Shown here piece by piece: positions 43,724 to 57,012 of a DNA stretch of 64,000 nucleotides. Each line of letters starts with the position of its first letter. Position 1 is the first letter of the stretch. The notes beneath the pieces are model-generated. The model saw only the letters and a list, made by a program, of their open reading frames with translations, was not told where the DNA came from and did not search any database. This DNA comes from Paraspadella gotoi (taxonomy: Eukaryota > Animalia > Chaetognatha): positions 20,337,476 through 20,401,475 of the forward strand of contig CM119267.1 in the NCBI GenBank assembly GCA_051294375.1. Reading direction: 5' to 3'. The position numbers and the translations under genes were made by a program.

Positions 43724-45214
43724 GCTTCTCCTTACTCACGATGCGTCGTCGTCAAACAGAGGTGGCGTCATCGCGGAGAGGCCAATCGTGAATGAAAAAG
43801 GCGCGGAGTCGTCGACGTCCTCTGCCGGATCGGAATTCGATTCTCGTCGTCGTCGTTGTCGGAAAAGAAGAAAGCAAATTTGTGCGAAGGTCAAAGGCTT
43901 TCTCTCCTTCTTCTACTTTTTCGGTTTCAGCGCAGTGTTCACTGTTCAGTGGTCGTCGTCGATATTTAGTTTCATAACATGACGTCCTCGTCCTCCTAAC
44001 GATTCTTCTTTTATCCACCGCAATGACTCGATTTTAAATTAAACATACGAATTACAAAAGCGTCAATCTTCTTCATTTCGTTTCAGTCGTTTCCTTAGGG
44101 CGTCGGCCATTATAGGCTCGAATTAAATGTTCATGTATTAGTAGGTTTGTTGCTTGCTTTATTTCTAGACAAGTTTTCTACATTTCTGTGGGAGCAAAGG
44201 GGAAAAATGGGTAAGGTAAAGACGGGGAAAGAGGGGGGAAGGTAGGGAGAGGGTTCATTGTAACATTTTAACATCCATCAAAAAAAAGGCAGCTCGACAA
44301 TTGACATTAAAGGCGTGAGATATCTTTTAAGCTGAAATAAAACTTCCGCGTGAACTTTTGTAACAACGTGCATTTCCTTTCTATAAATTTACTTGTATTA
44401 ATGATATTGCGGTAACTATGCATTTCATTCAAATGTTCTTCCAATATGGAAGATTTAATATATTCATATACTAATATATTTATATTCCACGGATTTACGA
44501 AACCAAACCTTATCGATTTCAAATTTTAGATTAACGAATGCATAAGTTGAAAGGCAATCGACGTCCCGTTAAGCAGAAGCGCGACATGGGATTTCGAGTC
44601 GCCTGGCTACATCACCATCGCTAACAGAGATAAGAGTACATAGCCAGTACTTAAGAAAACCCTCCCACCCCAGAGTATTATTACCATGCAATTGAATCTG
44701 AACAGACTCAATAATATTGAACTCATAAGGCAGAAAATGCAGCCTCTTTTTTTATGTTTCCATATCACTATCAACACAGAAAATATCACTTTTTGGCTAT
44801 TTGACACAATTAGTTAAGAAGGGTAATGGGGAACAAATGGAAATAATCGGAAAAATTTCAAACACGATTTTCTAAAAATCATTTTAAGTAAATTTAACCA
44901 TCTCTCAATAATTGCTGGCTCCAATAAAAATAACGCACCGAAACAAATGGCAAAGTAACGAAAAAAATATTGTAAAACGAAATAAAAACAAGAACGGTAA
45001 TTCAAATGACTGCCTTATCACGTGTATTTCTCGTGACATGACATGACTACATGACTACAATAACTTTCTTAGCCCGTGTATTTCTGGCACGCACTGCATC
45101 GGAATTTGGTTTTTTATTCTTTATAGTTTTAGGATTTTCTGAAGGTGGCGCTAGCAGTCCTTTAGAATTTATGTTTTTCCCCGTCTTAACAAATGAGCAT
45201 TTTTAACATAAGTG

Positions 45215-45303
45215 GGACAGAAGGATGGACAGACATAACGACCGACCGACCGACAAGTGACTTATAGAGTTGCTCCGCGAGTACTCGCGATGCAACTAAA
45301 AAT
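45215..45303 (+). mobile_element. 3' end of Helentron/HINE (DINE-1-like) non-autonomous element
   Basis: GGACAGAC/(GACC)n microsatellite, then TATAG, hairpin AGTTGC-TC-CGCGAGTACTCGCG-AT-GCAACT and AAAAA. A similar GGACGGACGGACA tract is at ~53238-53257. Confidence 0.6.
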
Positions 45304-46185
45304 CAAAATAATTTTTCCTAAAACCTGACCGCTTACCGGGCATATATGGCGAAACCCAGGCGACTTCACCTTACAAACAATGAAGAATATACAGGTTTTG
45401 ATTTGTTTAAACATTAATGTAAAATGACTACTTAAAAATATAAGGTTTAATCTATCCGTTTTTAGTTTTGCGTAAAAATTAAAATCAGATATTTTATTCA
45501 ACAAAAACATGTTGATATGTCAAAGTAACAAAGTCATAAAATAATGATAAGCCATAAAAAAGTATCGTAATTTCAATAATAAGCCTTGGTTTCGCTACGA
45601 GTCAGCAGGGTGTTAACCAAATACAACGTTTCTACATCAAATTGAAAATTCTAAATAAAACCCTAAGGTCCTTGTCATACTTGAGTTTTATCTCATAACT
45701 TTCAAATTACAGTTTAATAAAAAATATGGAATTTTAAAATGAATATGTCTAATTCTCCGAACGATATAAATTCAAATTAAACCTAATGCAAAAAGTAAGC
45801 TTAACAACAGCATTCCCAAATAATATAAAACGATCTCCCGAAACAATCGAATTTAACTTTGATGGGGAGAGAAGCGGGTATGGAGAAAACCGATAAAGAC
45901 GCCGCCGCCGCCGACGCAAAAAATAAAGTTGGTTTTAACTGTCGCGGGCCGCGCCTTCCCCCCATTTTCGGTGGAACGCGCGATTGGACGAGGGTTTCTA
46001 CAAGGTCGAAGATCTTCTCTCTTCCGGTCCGATTCGGTCGTCGGGTTGAGATCAAAATCTTCCTAGTCTTATTCCCGAGGAATCGACCCGCCCCATCGCT
46101 TTTTTCAATGCCCCCACAACCCTCCCATCCCCGGTCTCGGCCCATGCCGCACAAGTTTTTTTTTTTCCATTTTCCCACCTCCGGC

Positions 46186-47592
46186 TCAACTGAGGTTCTG
46201 CGACTTCCTCATCCAATCAACGAACTCGTCGAGAAGGACCGGCCACGCCCCGTCCTCGTCGTAGTTGCTAAGAGAAGGTTCGATCTGTCGGCTGAACTCC
46301 TAATGAGAGAAAAAGAAGAAAGATGTTTATCCTCGATCGAAAAACCGGAAACAAAAAGATTTTTTTCAGTGGTGGGAAAAAAAAAATTTAGAATGACTCA
46401 TCTGATTGACTAAATTGGCTCTACACGCTCTCTCTCTACTCGCTTCATTCAATCCAATCACCCGACTCACTTCACTCAATATCTTTCTCACCAATATGTT
46501 GAACCACTGATCCTTGTTGATACAGCGATACTTGGTGCGGTCAAGGAACTGATTGAAGTGAGGAAAGAGAGGCCAGTGTTTCCCCAGCAGGAGGGTGAGG
46601 AGAGCGCGAGCAGTTTCCAGATCGATGCTCCGTTGATCAGGGTCGCGGGCGAAGTCGAACGAGTACCGGTAAATGCTTAATAATTAACGAAAAAAAGTTA
46701 CAACTATAATAATCACAAACCAGAAACCATGTTATCGCGGTTAGCCTAACCCCTTTCTCGGCTGTACTTTCGTTCATCACAACCCAATCAGTCACTTCTA
46801 CCAAGTGCCTCACACAAAGAGCGACCCACACAAATCGAACCTCTTGAAAGTGACGGGGTCGTCCAAGAGACTCCGGAGCGAGTCGAGCTTGGCGACGAGC
46901 ATGGTAACCGAGTCGCACTGAAGCCCCGTCATGCCCTTGAGCCACTCGGCGAGGGTGAAGAATCCCATGTTCTTGGCTTCGAGCCGCCAGGCGATGGCCA
47001 GCATGACGACGTTCTCGGGTTCGACGCCGATGTCTTCACAGAATTTCTCCATCCCAACGGGGCCTAAGATCTTGGAGAAAATAAAAATGGGGGAGGAAGT
47101 TTCATCAGTCTCACTCTTTTCATAGTTTGTTTTTTGAAATTCTGGTATGCACTTGAGATTCGGGGTCGGCGTATTCGTAAAACCAAGAGACGCAAGTTTT
47201 GCTGGAGAAAAGGAGCTGAGGAATGACGGGGTCGTTTTGACGGTGATGATGTTGATGGTGATGTTGCGATGAGGAGGACGCTGATTGGCTGGCGGTGCTT
47301 CTCGACGAATGGCCACGACTTTTCTTTGGGACTAGATGCGAGGAATTCTCCAGACCTGGAATAAAGGGTTGGGAGAAGAGGAGAGTGGGCGGGCGCATTT
47401 AATGGCGATGGGTGGGATAGCATAAAGCTTCCCAAAGCCCCTTTATGTAGCCTGAATAACTAGGGAAGGGAACGATATAAGACGTGTGGAAATCGGTCAT
47501 TAGGTAAAGATTCTGACGAAAGGAAACACTCCCTCACCCGTAGATGAGGGTCCCGTGGAGTGAGAAGAGTCGCGCTTCCGTTTTGGAGGCAT
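46186..47592 (-). CDS. DCUN1D5: DCN1-like protein (DCUN1D4/5 type), 5 exons
   Basis: MPPKRKR start; [69 protein letters not shown]. Confidence 0.9.
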
Positions 47593-49252
47593 TCTCCCGG
47601 CACAATGGATTCTTCGTCTCCCGGCACAACGGATTTCACCGTATTTTTCAATTTTTCAGTTTTTCAGCCGGGAGGGTCGCGTTGGGGGGCCGTTACACCA
47701 ATTATTGCTCCTATTCCTCGGTCACGTCCGGCCACTCGGAGCAGTTCCCATTCGTGGAGGTAAATTTTTAAACTTCTCTAAACGAGAAAACAATAAATAC
47801 GCAAGTAACTTAACCGTTAACGATAGCAAAAAAATAAATCGGAAAATCTTGATGAAATGAATATAATGAATTAGTGATCACCCTTTAGCACCAAATCATG
47901 ACAAAGCAGGAAGCATAGATTTCGCTTTACATCTTTAGAAGTGGGCTCAGATCTAGATTTCAAACAGAGAAAAGCAAATTTTAGACACCAAAAATAATAA
48001 TAGGACATCCTCAGAAAATTGCTGTCAAATACAGTTTTTTTTCCTGATGCAACAAAAACAAATGCCTTTGTCTGTTTCAGTATTCACTGAAATCTCGAGA
48101 TAATAAATTACTTTTTATCATGCTTTCAATACTCTAAATTATAAAAGTTACGCTTTGCCTTCGAACTAACCTTTAAAAAAACTTTAAAAAAGGGTTTAAA
48201 ATTTTTTTTCCTAATGAATAAAGAAATATCATTAAATTTCCCCAGCACACCAAGGAAACAGCCTGTTCGTGATTGGTAGAGCCTTTTATCTCCAAAGGTT
48301 TATATTAACATAAATGACAAATCATCACTTCTTCAGATCGTTAAGAAACTGGCATTTCGATTACATTCTGTGAGAATGAGACAGTATTAGCGTAATAAAA
48401 GAGTTTATAACGTACCGCAGAGGTAGAACATATAAATTCTGAGGGGAAGATTCCATGGAAGTTGGGAGAACCAAAAAACTCTGGATGATCAAGCTGTTCT
48501 TTTGTCTACAGCTTGTTGCTATGCAAAAGCTGTCCAGATGCAAAACCTTTTTCTTCATTTCTCCCCTGGATTAACATTTCTCAAACTTATGCATTAAACA
48601 AGAGATTCTAAAATACTTTTTCTTTGCATTTTTTCAATAATATTATCAATTGTGGTAGAGGACGTGAATTAATTCATTTCATTAATACTTATAAATATTC
48701 GAAATGTGCACAAGCTAGCTAAAATAAAGGACCGTTAATTGCAGCTAGGCAACACTTCTAAAAATCTTTTTCAATATTAAAAAATATTAAGAATCAGGAA
48801 ACATTTAATTAAAAAAAATAATCTTGCAATTCGACGAGAAATTTAACGAAAAATATAAAAGGAGCAATTCGAGTTCGACCAATTGAACAGGGAATTGGGG
48901 AGAAAAATGGGTAGGGGAAGGGGGGAGGGTGTCTGGGCCTCGAGGGACAACAAGAGATTCATGTTTCAAAATATTCTCTCTCTCTCTCTCTCGTCCGGGT
49001 TTCTCCAAGATCCCAGAGGCTTTCGCCTCTTCAGCACCGTAACCCGACTTCCAAACTAGACCTCAAATTGCCCTATAGCAAATCCCTGTGCAATCATAAC
49101 CATCATCATCATCCATCCATCCATCATCATCATCATCATGCATGTTCTTTGTTCAACGGTGGAGTAAAACGAATTTAACATCCATCCCTACTCTTCCCTT
49201 TTCGTGCCTCAAAACTCCAACCGAAAACTAATCCAAACTCTTGACTTTTTCG

Positions 49253-52200
49253 TCATTTGGATTCGGGCTTGACGGCGATCCCGGCCTTGTTGTCGTCGTC
49301 GTTGTTGTCGTCGTCCTTAATGTAGAGCTTTGCGAAGTTGCCGTACTCCCTGCGGCCGAGGAACTCTTGATGACGTGAGGAAGAGGCGGAGGAGAGTTTG
49401 TTGTTCCAAAGGGAAAGAAGAGAAGAGGACGAACCGCCTGCGAGGATTTTGATTTTTTATTAGACACATTTAATATTCTTAAATTCGCCCCCAGTTATTT
49501 CGAATCAAGATTTATCGGAATCGTAAACATTTCAAACGAGAGACCTATCGGTGAGTTGGATGAGGCCTTAATGCCTTTCAATATCGGAGCCGGAGAGGGA
49601 CCGCGACTGCCTCCTAAAAGCGAAAACAAGATGTTTAATCGAATGGATTCTGCGTAATGAATCCAACGCCAACTCCCATTCCACCTGCAAGAGCGGGCGG
49701 CGTCATCGATCCACCGCGCGAGGAGACGCCGCTGGCCATAAAGCGCGCTTTTTTCGTCTCCGGCGCCGCTGGATGAGGAGAGGGAGATTTGGGCCGGTCG
49801 AAGGGCGACTTCACTGCTGAACCAGAGTATATGTAGGGGAGAAAAATGATGGGATTAGAGTTTTCATTCGGTGAAAAGAAAAAGTAGGAGTATTACGTAT
49901 TATCCTTTTTACCGGAAGAGTCGGCGTTGAAGAGACGCTTGAGCCGTTCGGTGCTACCGTTAGAGAAATCTGACTCCTGCTTTAACATGTCCATGTCGTT
50001 TAACAGAGCGCTCGGCATTTTGCTACGGAAAAGAAGACTGGGGTTTGTGAACGTCTTGCGGCATCGTTTTCCAAGCCACAACAGCAACAAAACTATTAAA
50101 AACCTGAAATTGAAGCCTTGAAGATCGGCTTCGGTCAAAGTGCCGTACGACGGTTTTTTGCACTTCAAGAGACATTCCAAGATTTTTCTGTGCTCCGGCG
50201 AAGAGTCAGCGTAGCACCGCACCAGTTTTTCCAGCTCGATCCAAAGTTGACGAAACTGTTCATCTTTCTTTGTGTGTCCCTTAGATCCGGCCTTGCCGGT
50301 CCCTACAAAGAAATAGATAAATTGCAGTATAATTAACAATCGCCAGATTGTTTTTTTTTTGTCTTCTTTTTAAAATATTCCCCTACCCATAGGCACGACT
50401 CCGCCTGGAATTGGTAAAGTGTTATTCTTGGTCTCCATTTCGACGAGATTGTAGACGGCCTTTTGACACTCGAGCACCTCGTCGTGGGTCAGAGATTCCT
50501 TCAGCACGAGCGCGGGGAGAGGATCCACGAAACTTATCAGGTTCGAGTGAAACACCATCGTTTCGGAGATCACCAGTGGCCAGTACCTGATAGGTAAGAA
50601 AAGGGGGTGAAGCAAGATACGATATTGATCTTGGTAAGTGTTTTGCTACCTGGTGTTCCTCTCCATTAAACTCCGCGCCCGCAAATTGGGTCCGCCGATT
50701 TGAGGGTCGATTCCTAAAAATTGAGGTACATGTGTGAATCGACAACATCTCTACTTTAGATTTACTTACCCGGCTTGTCTTTGAGAAGGGCGCTGCCCCC
50801 GGGCGCGAGGAGTTGGGTCTTCATCAACTGACAAAAGTCAGGGATTCGATAGTCAGTTATCCGACCACCCGGTCCTGATAAGTCATAGAAAACAAGGATT
50901 CACTCGGAACTCATAGCAAAATTTAGCCTAAATTCTTACTCACCCTCGCTGATGGAGGGAGCATCCTCGAGGATTGATCTCTTGGAGGAAAGGAGATGGA
51001 TGAAGACTTCTCCCCCGTGTGACGACAGCATGTGAGACAACACTTTGGCACCGCTCTTCTTTGGCTGCTCCAGCATCACGGATCGACCGCTGCGGGTTAT
51101 AATGTATAAATAACATAAAAAAATTAATAACAAGAAACGATTAAAATAATATGCTCATTGATCTCACCTCAGAAGAAAGTTGGTGAGGCAAGACGAGGGT
51201 CTAGAGTTAACGTCGACGGGAGAAATCGGCCAGGCACCGACGCAGTGGTGAAGTTCCGCGATGTTACTGCGAGGGGTGCACCACTTAAGCACGATCGTTT
51301 CACCGCCCGTCGAGTCCTTCGCAGAATGAAACAGCAAGTCCGTCGTACTATACCGTCAAAAACGCCATCTTTAATTCAAAAAGAAAGGCGCTTCCCTTAC
51401 CTTGGCTATGCTGGCGGCGTCCGACCGAATGAGATGCTGGTGGGCGTCCATCGGGTGCAGCAGTTCCACGTCGTAATTGGCTGAAGTGGCGGCGTTCTGC
51501 TCTTCCTTCATCGGGATTCCGGTGACGGTGGTGCAGGCGAGGCTGTGGTGCCGCTTAAGATGGGGGGGTAAGGCTTGAGAACCGATGGCGGATCAGAAGA
51601 GGCGGGAGGAAGCTAATAAAACCAACCTGTGCCAAGTGAACCAAGGAGTGAGCCAATTGAGGTCCGCTGCGACAAGGGATCAATTCGGTCGCCAAGGAAC
51701 ATCCTGTCAACACCATGAACATACCCTCAAAGTACTTAAACAAGACGGAACCGTCCCCATCTCCCGACCCACCTGTAAGAGAGATGGGATCGTCGTTGAT
51801 GTTTCGCGCGCGAATCTTCGGCTCCTCATCAATCGGCGTCACGTGGAAAAGAGAAAACTCGCAGGTTTGAATCGGGAGAAGATTCTCCGCCGCTGCCGAC
51901 TTGTTGTGATTGGAGATGGTGTCGCTGAGAGAGAAAGAGTTTCGCTTTTAGCTTTTAAAATCTTTAGGTGATCAAGTCAATCGAAATTCGACTAACCTGA
52001 GACAAACGTTCAACATCTTAGCCTGGGCATCGTTTTTTAGGTATGTCATGAAAACAATGCGTCCCCTGGGAATTTGAAAAGAGGATTCATTGTATGGTTG
52101 AATGGTTGAATAGATCCAAGCATAACTCCTCATTAACGCCCAGTGTTTTTACCGATTGGGCAAATCTCCTACGGTTGGAATCCGAGACGAGGCGCCAGTT

Positions 52201-54050
52201 TTTGGGGTTATTTTTTCCATTTGCTGGGGCGTGGGTTCCCCTGCAAAACAATTTTATTTAAAACAAGTTTGACCAAACAATGCCGGATCTGCTCACGGTC
52301 ATTAATTAATTTATGAAATTGGTACAACCAATATAAAAATTATCCATTCATTTAATAAATAAGCTATCTTGCCCCTGACTTTGGACAGGCTTTGGTGGTT
52401 TAAGGCCTCCATCACTCTTACAAGATAATGACATAGCAGGTCCCTGCAAGCTTTCAATCAAGACTCTAAAAGACTATAAAATATTTAATTTATTTAGAGT
52501 AATTAATCAGTCTCTGTCTCTTCCTCTTTCTCACTCTACCATCCTCTTTTCTCCCCGCAATTCTAATTAATCAATTAATTAATAATTAACTAAATAATTT
52601 TTTATTATTTAATTAATTAGTAGTTGCAGTCTATATAAAATAAAAGCATAATCAAATAATGAATTTGAATTGATACATTTTCATTTTGGATTTGAATATT
52701 AGATCTATTTCTCGATTATGTACTTAATTATAGTCTTTAGCAATACTGGTGATTAATCGTAATCATAGTAATATTTTAATTGATTAATTAATGATTATAA
52801 TTTAGTATTTTATTGCTTAGAGATTGACTTGCTCTTTATTTGTTCAAAAGTTTAACCATTAATCAGCTTTGGTTTTCGTGACGCACTCGTGTTAGAGTCC
52901 ATTTCTCCTTATCAGAGCTCAATCAGCATAAGGTTAACATCCTAAACAGTTAATCACTAATAGTGCTAAATTCTGTTCAATAAGATTTAAGCACAAGATA
53001 ATAGTGTTTAATTATGATTCCATTTCTCTACTTCAGGAATCAGCTATCTAGCCAGTCTTACAGATTACATAGATTACATAGCGAGCATTCTTCACCGATG
53101 CAAGGTCAAGTCAAGATTGACAAGTAAGATACAACTGAAATGCGCATTTTATAGATAAGCCGTTTCTACTGAACCTTTTAGCACTTAAGAATATACTTCT
53201 CTTATCTCAGGCAATTTATCCTCCAATAATCGCGGGGGACGGATGGACGGACGGACATTTTTTTTTGTTGCATAATTTATCATAATTTGATGTTTTGAGA
53301 TAATGTAAGTGATTTAAAGAATAGATTTAGGGGGTGGACCGACAAAGTAAATAAAAAAAAAAAAAAACTGATACGGGAACCTTGACTCCGAATATCCGAC
53401 CAACCTAATAATTCGACGGCTTTGGTCAAACCCTTAATGATGTTGCATTCCTCCTGGTTTTTATTCCGGCTTGGAGCGCCAGAGCGTCCCAGGCCGTTCA
53501 TGAGTGACGTCACGTTCTTGGCGAAAAAAAAGTGAGATCATGGTGAGAAATTTAACGTAAGAGGTCAAGCTGAGCATTGTATCAACCTGATGACCGTGCA
53601 ACCAGGAGTTGAGAACGGTTGCCTCGTTGTCGCTCACCACCAAGCGGATCTCGTGATCCACGCCGAAAATATCATATACGATTCGCGCGTATTCTGAGAC
53701 AAAATTGTTTGTAAAAAATATGATTAAAATATTTCTTTAATCTTAAAAGCACAGACCTTCCAAGGCTGCACACAGTCCACACTTTACCGATAATAGACTC
53801 GACGCTGGACGTCCAGAGGGACTTGTTGATTGGAGCCAAAGGGATGAAGCCGGCAGAAGCTCGTCCCCCGCGAGAGATAATGTCGTAATCTATGGGCTGT
53901 TGCGTCGGGAAGAAACGGGTGGTTAAGGGATAAGCAAACTAATATTATATCTTTCGCCCCGAGTCTTTATACTTGTCTGGAAGAGGCTCCAAAAGCTGGG
54001 GAGTGATCGATTACGAAAACCGTCTTGTGGGAAAGGGGAAAGTAGGACAT
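49253..54050 (-). CDS. INTS13: Integrator complex subunit 13 (asunder)
   Basis: [80 protein letters not shown]...HQEF.GR. Confidence 0.94.
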
Positions 54051-54439
54051 GGGATCGTTGGGATTCGGGAGTTTGGTGAACAACGGCATCGTTGAATAGG
54101 AAATGTCTACAATGTCTACAAATAGGAAATGAGAAATTTAGGCGGGACAATCACGATGTAGTTGTCTTCGCATCATTGTTCGTTCAACCATTACGCATTC
54201 GTTATTGTTTGGTTCACAGTCAATCGAACGAAGTTCATCTTCAATGTTTCGAGAGATTCACGAATCACAATCGCGCTCTGGAAAACTAAGAAATTCGGCG
54301 AAGCGAATATAACAAATGCGGCGACGAAAAATTCGCCTAGTGAATAACTAAAAACCTAAATTGAAACCTAAAATAACATCGCAGTCCACAATTGCTAGTC
54401 TACAATTTCGGTAGCCCATTCGACTCCCAGCGACTCTCG

Positions 54440-57012
54440 TCAATCGCTCTTTTTACACCGCGCCTCCACCTCCACCTCCTCCTCCTCTCCCGCGTCCTCG
54501 TAGGCGAGAAGCAAGAAAGCCGCTTTGAAGATGAGGAAGTGGCCGCAGGAATAGACGGCGATTAAGTAAGGGAAAAGATCGGGGTATCGTTCCGGCGGAG
54601 TCCGTCCTGAATCGACGAAAAAACTCTTTAGTTTAATCACAGTATTTGTTCGCATCCAAGTCCATATCCTACCTAAATGCAATCCGCAAAGGACCGTCAT
54701 TCCAATTGTGGAGGCCGTCATCGTCAGGGAGACTGTCGTCCGCGGCACAGAGAGCGACTTGACGAGAGGGACGTCCGAGGGGGATTTTCGATCGCGCATC
54801 ATCGCGTGGAAGAGGACGAGGAATAAAACGGAGAGAGAGATAGAGGAGAAGAGAAGGCCGTCTTTGTGAAGGAGGGGGAACATGCTGCCTGTAGGTAAAA
54901 GCATTAGGATGGTAGGCAAATGAATAAAAAAGGGAAAAAAAAGACTTGGGATTTGAAAATTACCCGTGGCTATGGTCAAGAACCATCCGCAAAGCAACGG
55001 ATGATGGAGGAAGAGAAGGGAAGCTGGCGCCGTCGCCAACAATATACTTTTTTCGTGAACGTGATAAGAGAAAAGGAAGAAAGAGAGAGAAACGGAAACT
55101 AGAATGCGGACGAGATTAAGGCGAGAAGGCAACCTGGACAAAAAAAACAAATAAAATTAAAATCGAAAATTATCGATTTAATTATAAAATTGTAATTATA
55201 AACAGAGCAATTTTTAATCATTAGCTCACCGCCAAATAAGGAAAGAGTCAGGCACGATCGAAGCCAAAGTGGTCACAAGGCAGAGACGCACTACGGGCGC
55301 CTGATCGGCAACGTCGCGCAGGCGAAGCAGCGGCTGCAGGCTGCACCACACGTTGGCCACTTTGTCCTCGAATATGCCGCGGTCGAAGGGAAACACGCGG
55401 CAAAGGATGCCGAGCAGCTAGTGGGTGAGGAACCCATGAAAAGTCAATAGACCACGCAACAAGACTTGACACTAGTCGTCACTTACCCCTTTTAGATCGG
55501 TTTTTAAAAGGAAAGGAGCCCAACAGGCAGCAAAGGTGACGAGAACGACCAAGCTCAACTTGATCAGCATGGAAACTTTGCGTAAAAAGTCTGGCTGGCG
55601 AGAGCAGAGCTGTCGGAGAGAGAACGTGTTGGCTTTATCCTGAATTCGTAATGATATACGTAATCAATGTTGAACGCGATTTACCTTCAGCAAATACAGG
55701 AAGAAAGGCAACGCGTGATACAGTTCCATTTGCTTGTAGTTGAGCGAGAAACAAAAGAGCATCGAGGCGACGAACGGACGATCCACGAAGACGGCGAAAA
55801 TCGCCCAGAGTGTCAACCCAAGACTGAAGCAGTTGTACTAAAGGAAGGGAGAGAATTTCAGAGACATTTTATGAGAGGAGGAAGAATTTGTTTATCTCCT
55901 TCTGATCTCAGCAACTAACTTGGAAATGGCCGTGATCGACAAGGACGAGACCGGGGTTAAGAAGCGCCAGCGCAGCTGGCAAATACTCCGCGTAAGGTTC
56001 GGTGGTTTTCCATGGGACGCGTGGACTGGGAATTAATGGAGAGATTCGACAATTGATAGGAGCTCCAGGCATCGAGGTCGCTTGAAGACACTCACCGAAA
56101 TCGAGCATAAAATAGAAGAACGACCGGAAGATACAGGAGGAGATCGACGAACATCACCGTCGAACGCATGAAGAGTTTGTGACTCGGATCTTCCAAACCG
56201 CGAGAAGCGTGTAGGACGTTCCACGAGCTGCTCGACCAACGATCGGATTTAACGATGGTTAGGACTGAGGAGCAACTCCATAACTTGGTATATGTACTTA
56301 TTTGCATATTGCAATACGACTCCGAGTTTGAATGTTTAACGATATTTGTTATAACGTTTTAAAAAAAAAATTTTTCGACTAAACTACACTACAATCACTT
56401 AAGGAATAATACGACCAATGTCTCTAGCTTTGATATTTTATCAATGCCGTTTGACAGACGCGTGGAAACGCACACCTATTAATAAAACCGGCGACGACGC
56501 CGTTGACGAGACTGTGATAAGCGGTGAGCGGTGGATAATCCAGGCCCCAGTAAAGAAGGTCGTTGTCGGAGGAGTTTGCGTACCAGGCGGGAAGCGGGAG
56601 GTTGACCGTGATCTCCATCCAGTGACGCTGAGCCTCGAAATCGCCGAACATCGGAGGTTTTCTGGAGAAACGGAAGTCGGGATCATCTCAGCTCGGCCGA
56701 TGGCTGGTCGACATTCGGTGACGTTTCGAGCTAGCTTTTTTTTTTCAGAAATGGCTGTTTTCAATGTTATTAATTTTTTATAACGTCAATAATTTGATTA
56801 TTTTATACGATCACCGAAAAATCTGACTGCGAAATTTTTTTTTTCTTCCCTTAAATTTAGTGATCTGCTTTCCGCGCACAGCAGAGAATTACTGACTTGT
56901 ATCCCGAGTAGGGGTTGAGAGAGACGGCCCATCTGACGACAAGGCTGACGATCAAAAGCGCGCCGTTCCAAGACCAGCTTGATTGCGCTGAGGACGGAGT
57001 TTCCGACTTCAT
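54440..57012 (-). CDS. ALG6: Dolichyl-P-Glc alpha-1,3-glucosyltransferase
   Basis: [96 protein letters not shown]. Confidence 0.96.

Noticed and set aside
44307-45005. Short hydrophobic ORFs as a membrane-protein gene
   Set aside because: AT-rich, interrupted by stops, with no coherent splice structure.
48480-48540. Hairpin as a SECIS element
   Set aside because: ATGA/GA quartet and AA loop do not co-occur on one strand, and there is no upstream in-frame TGA gene.
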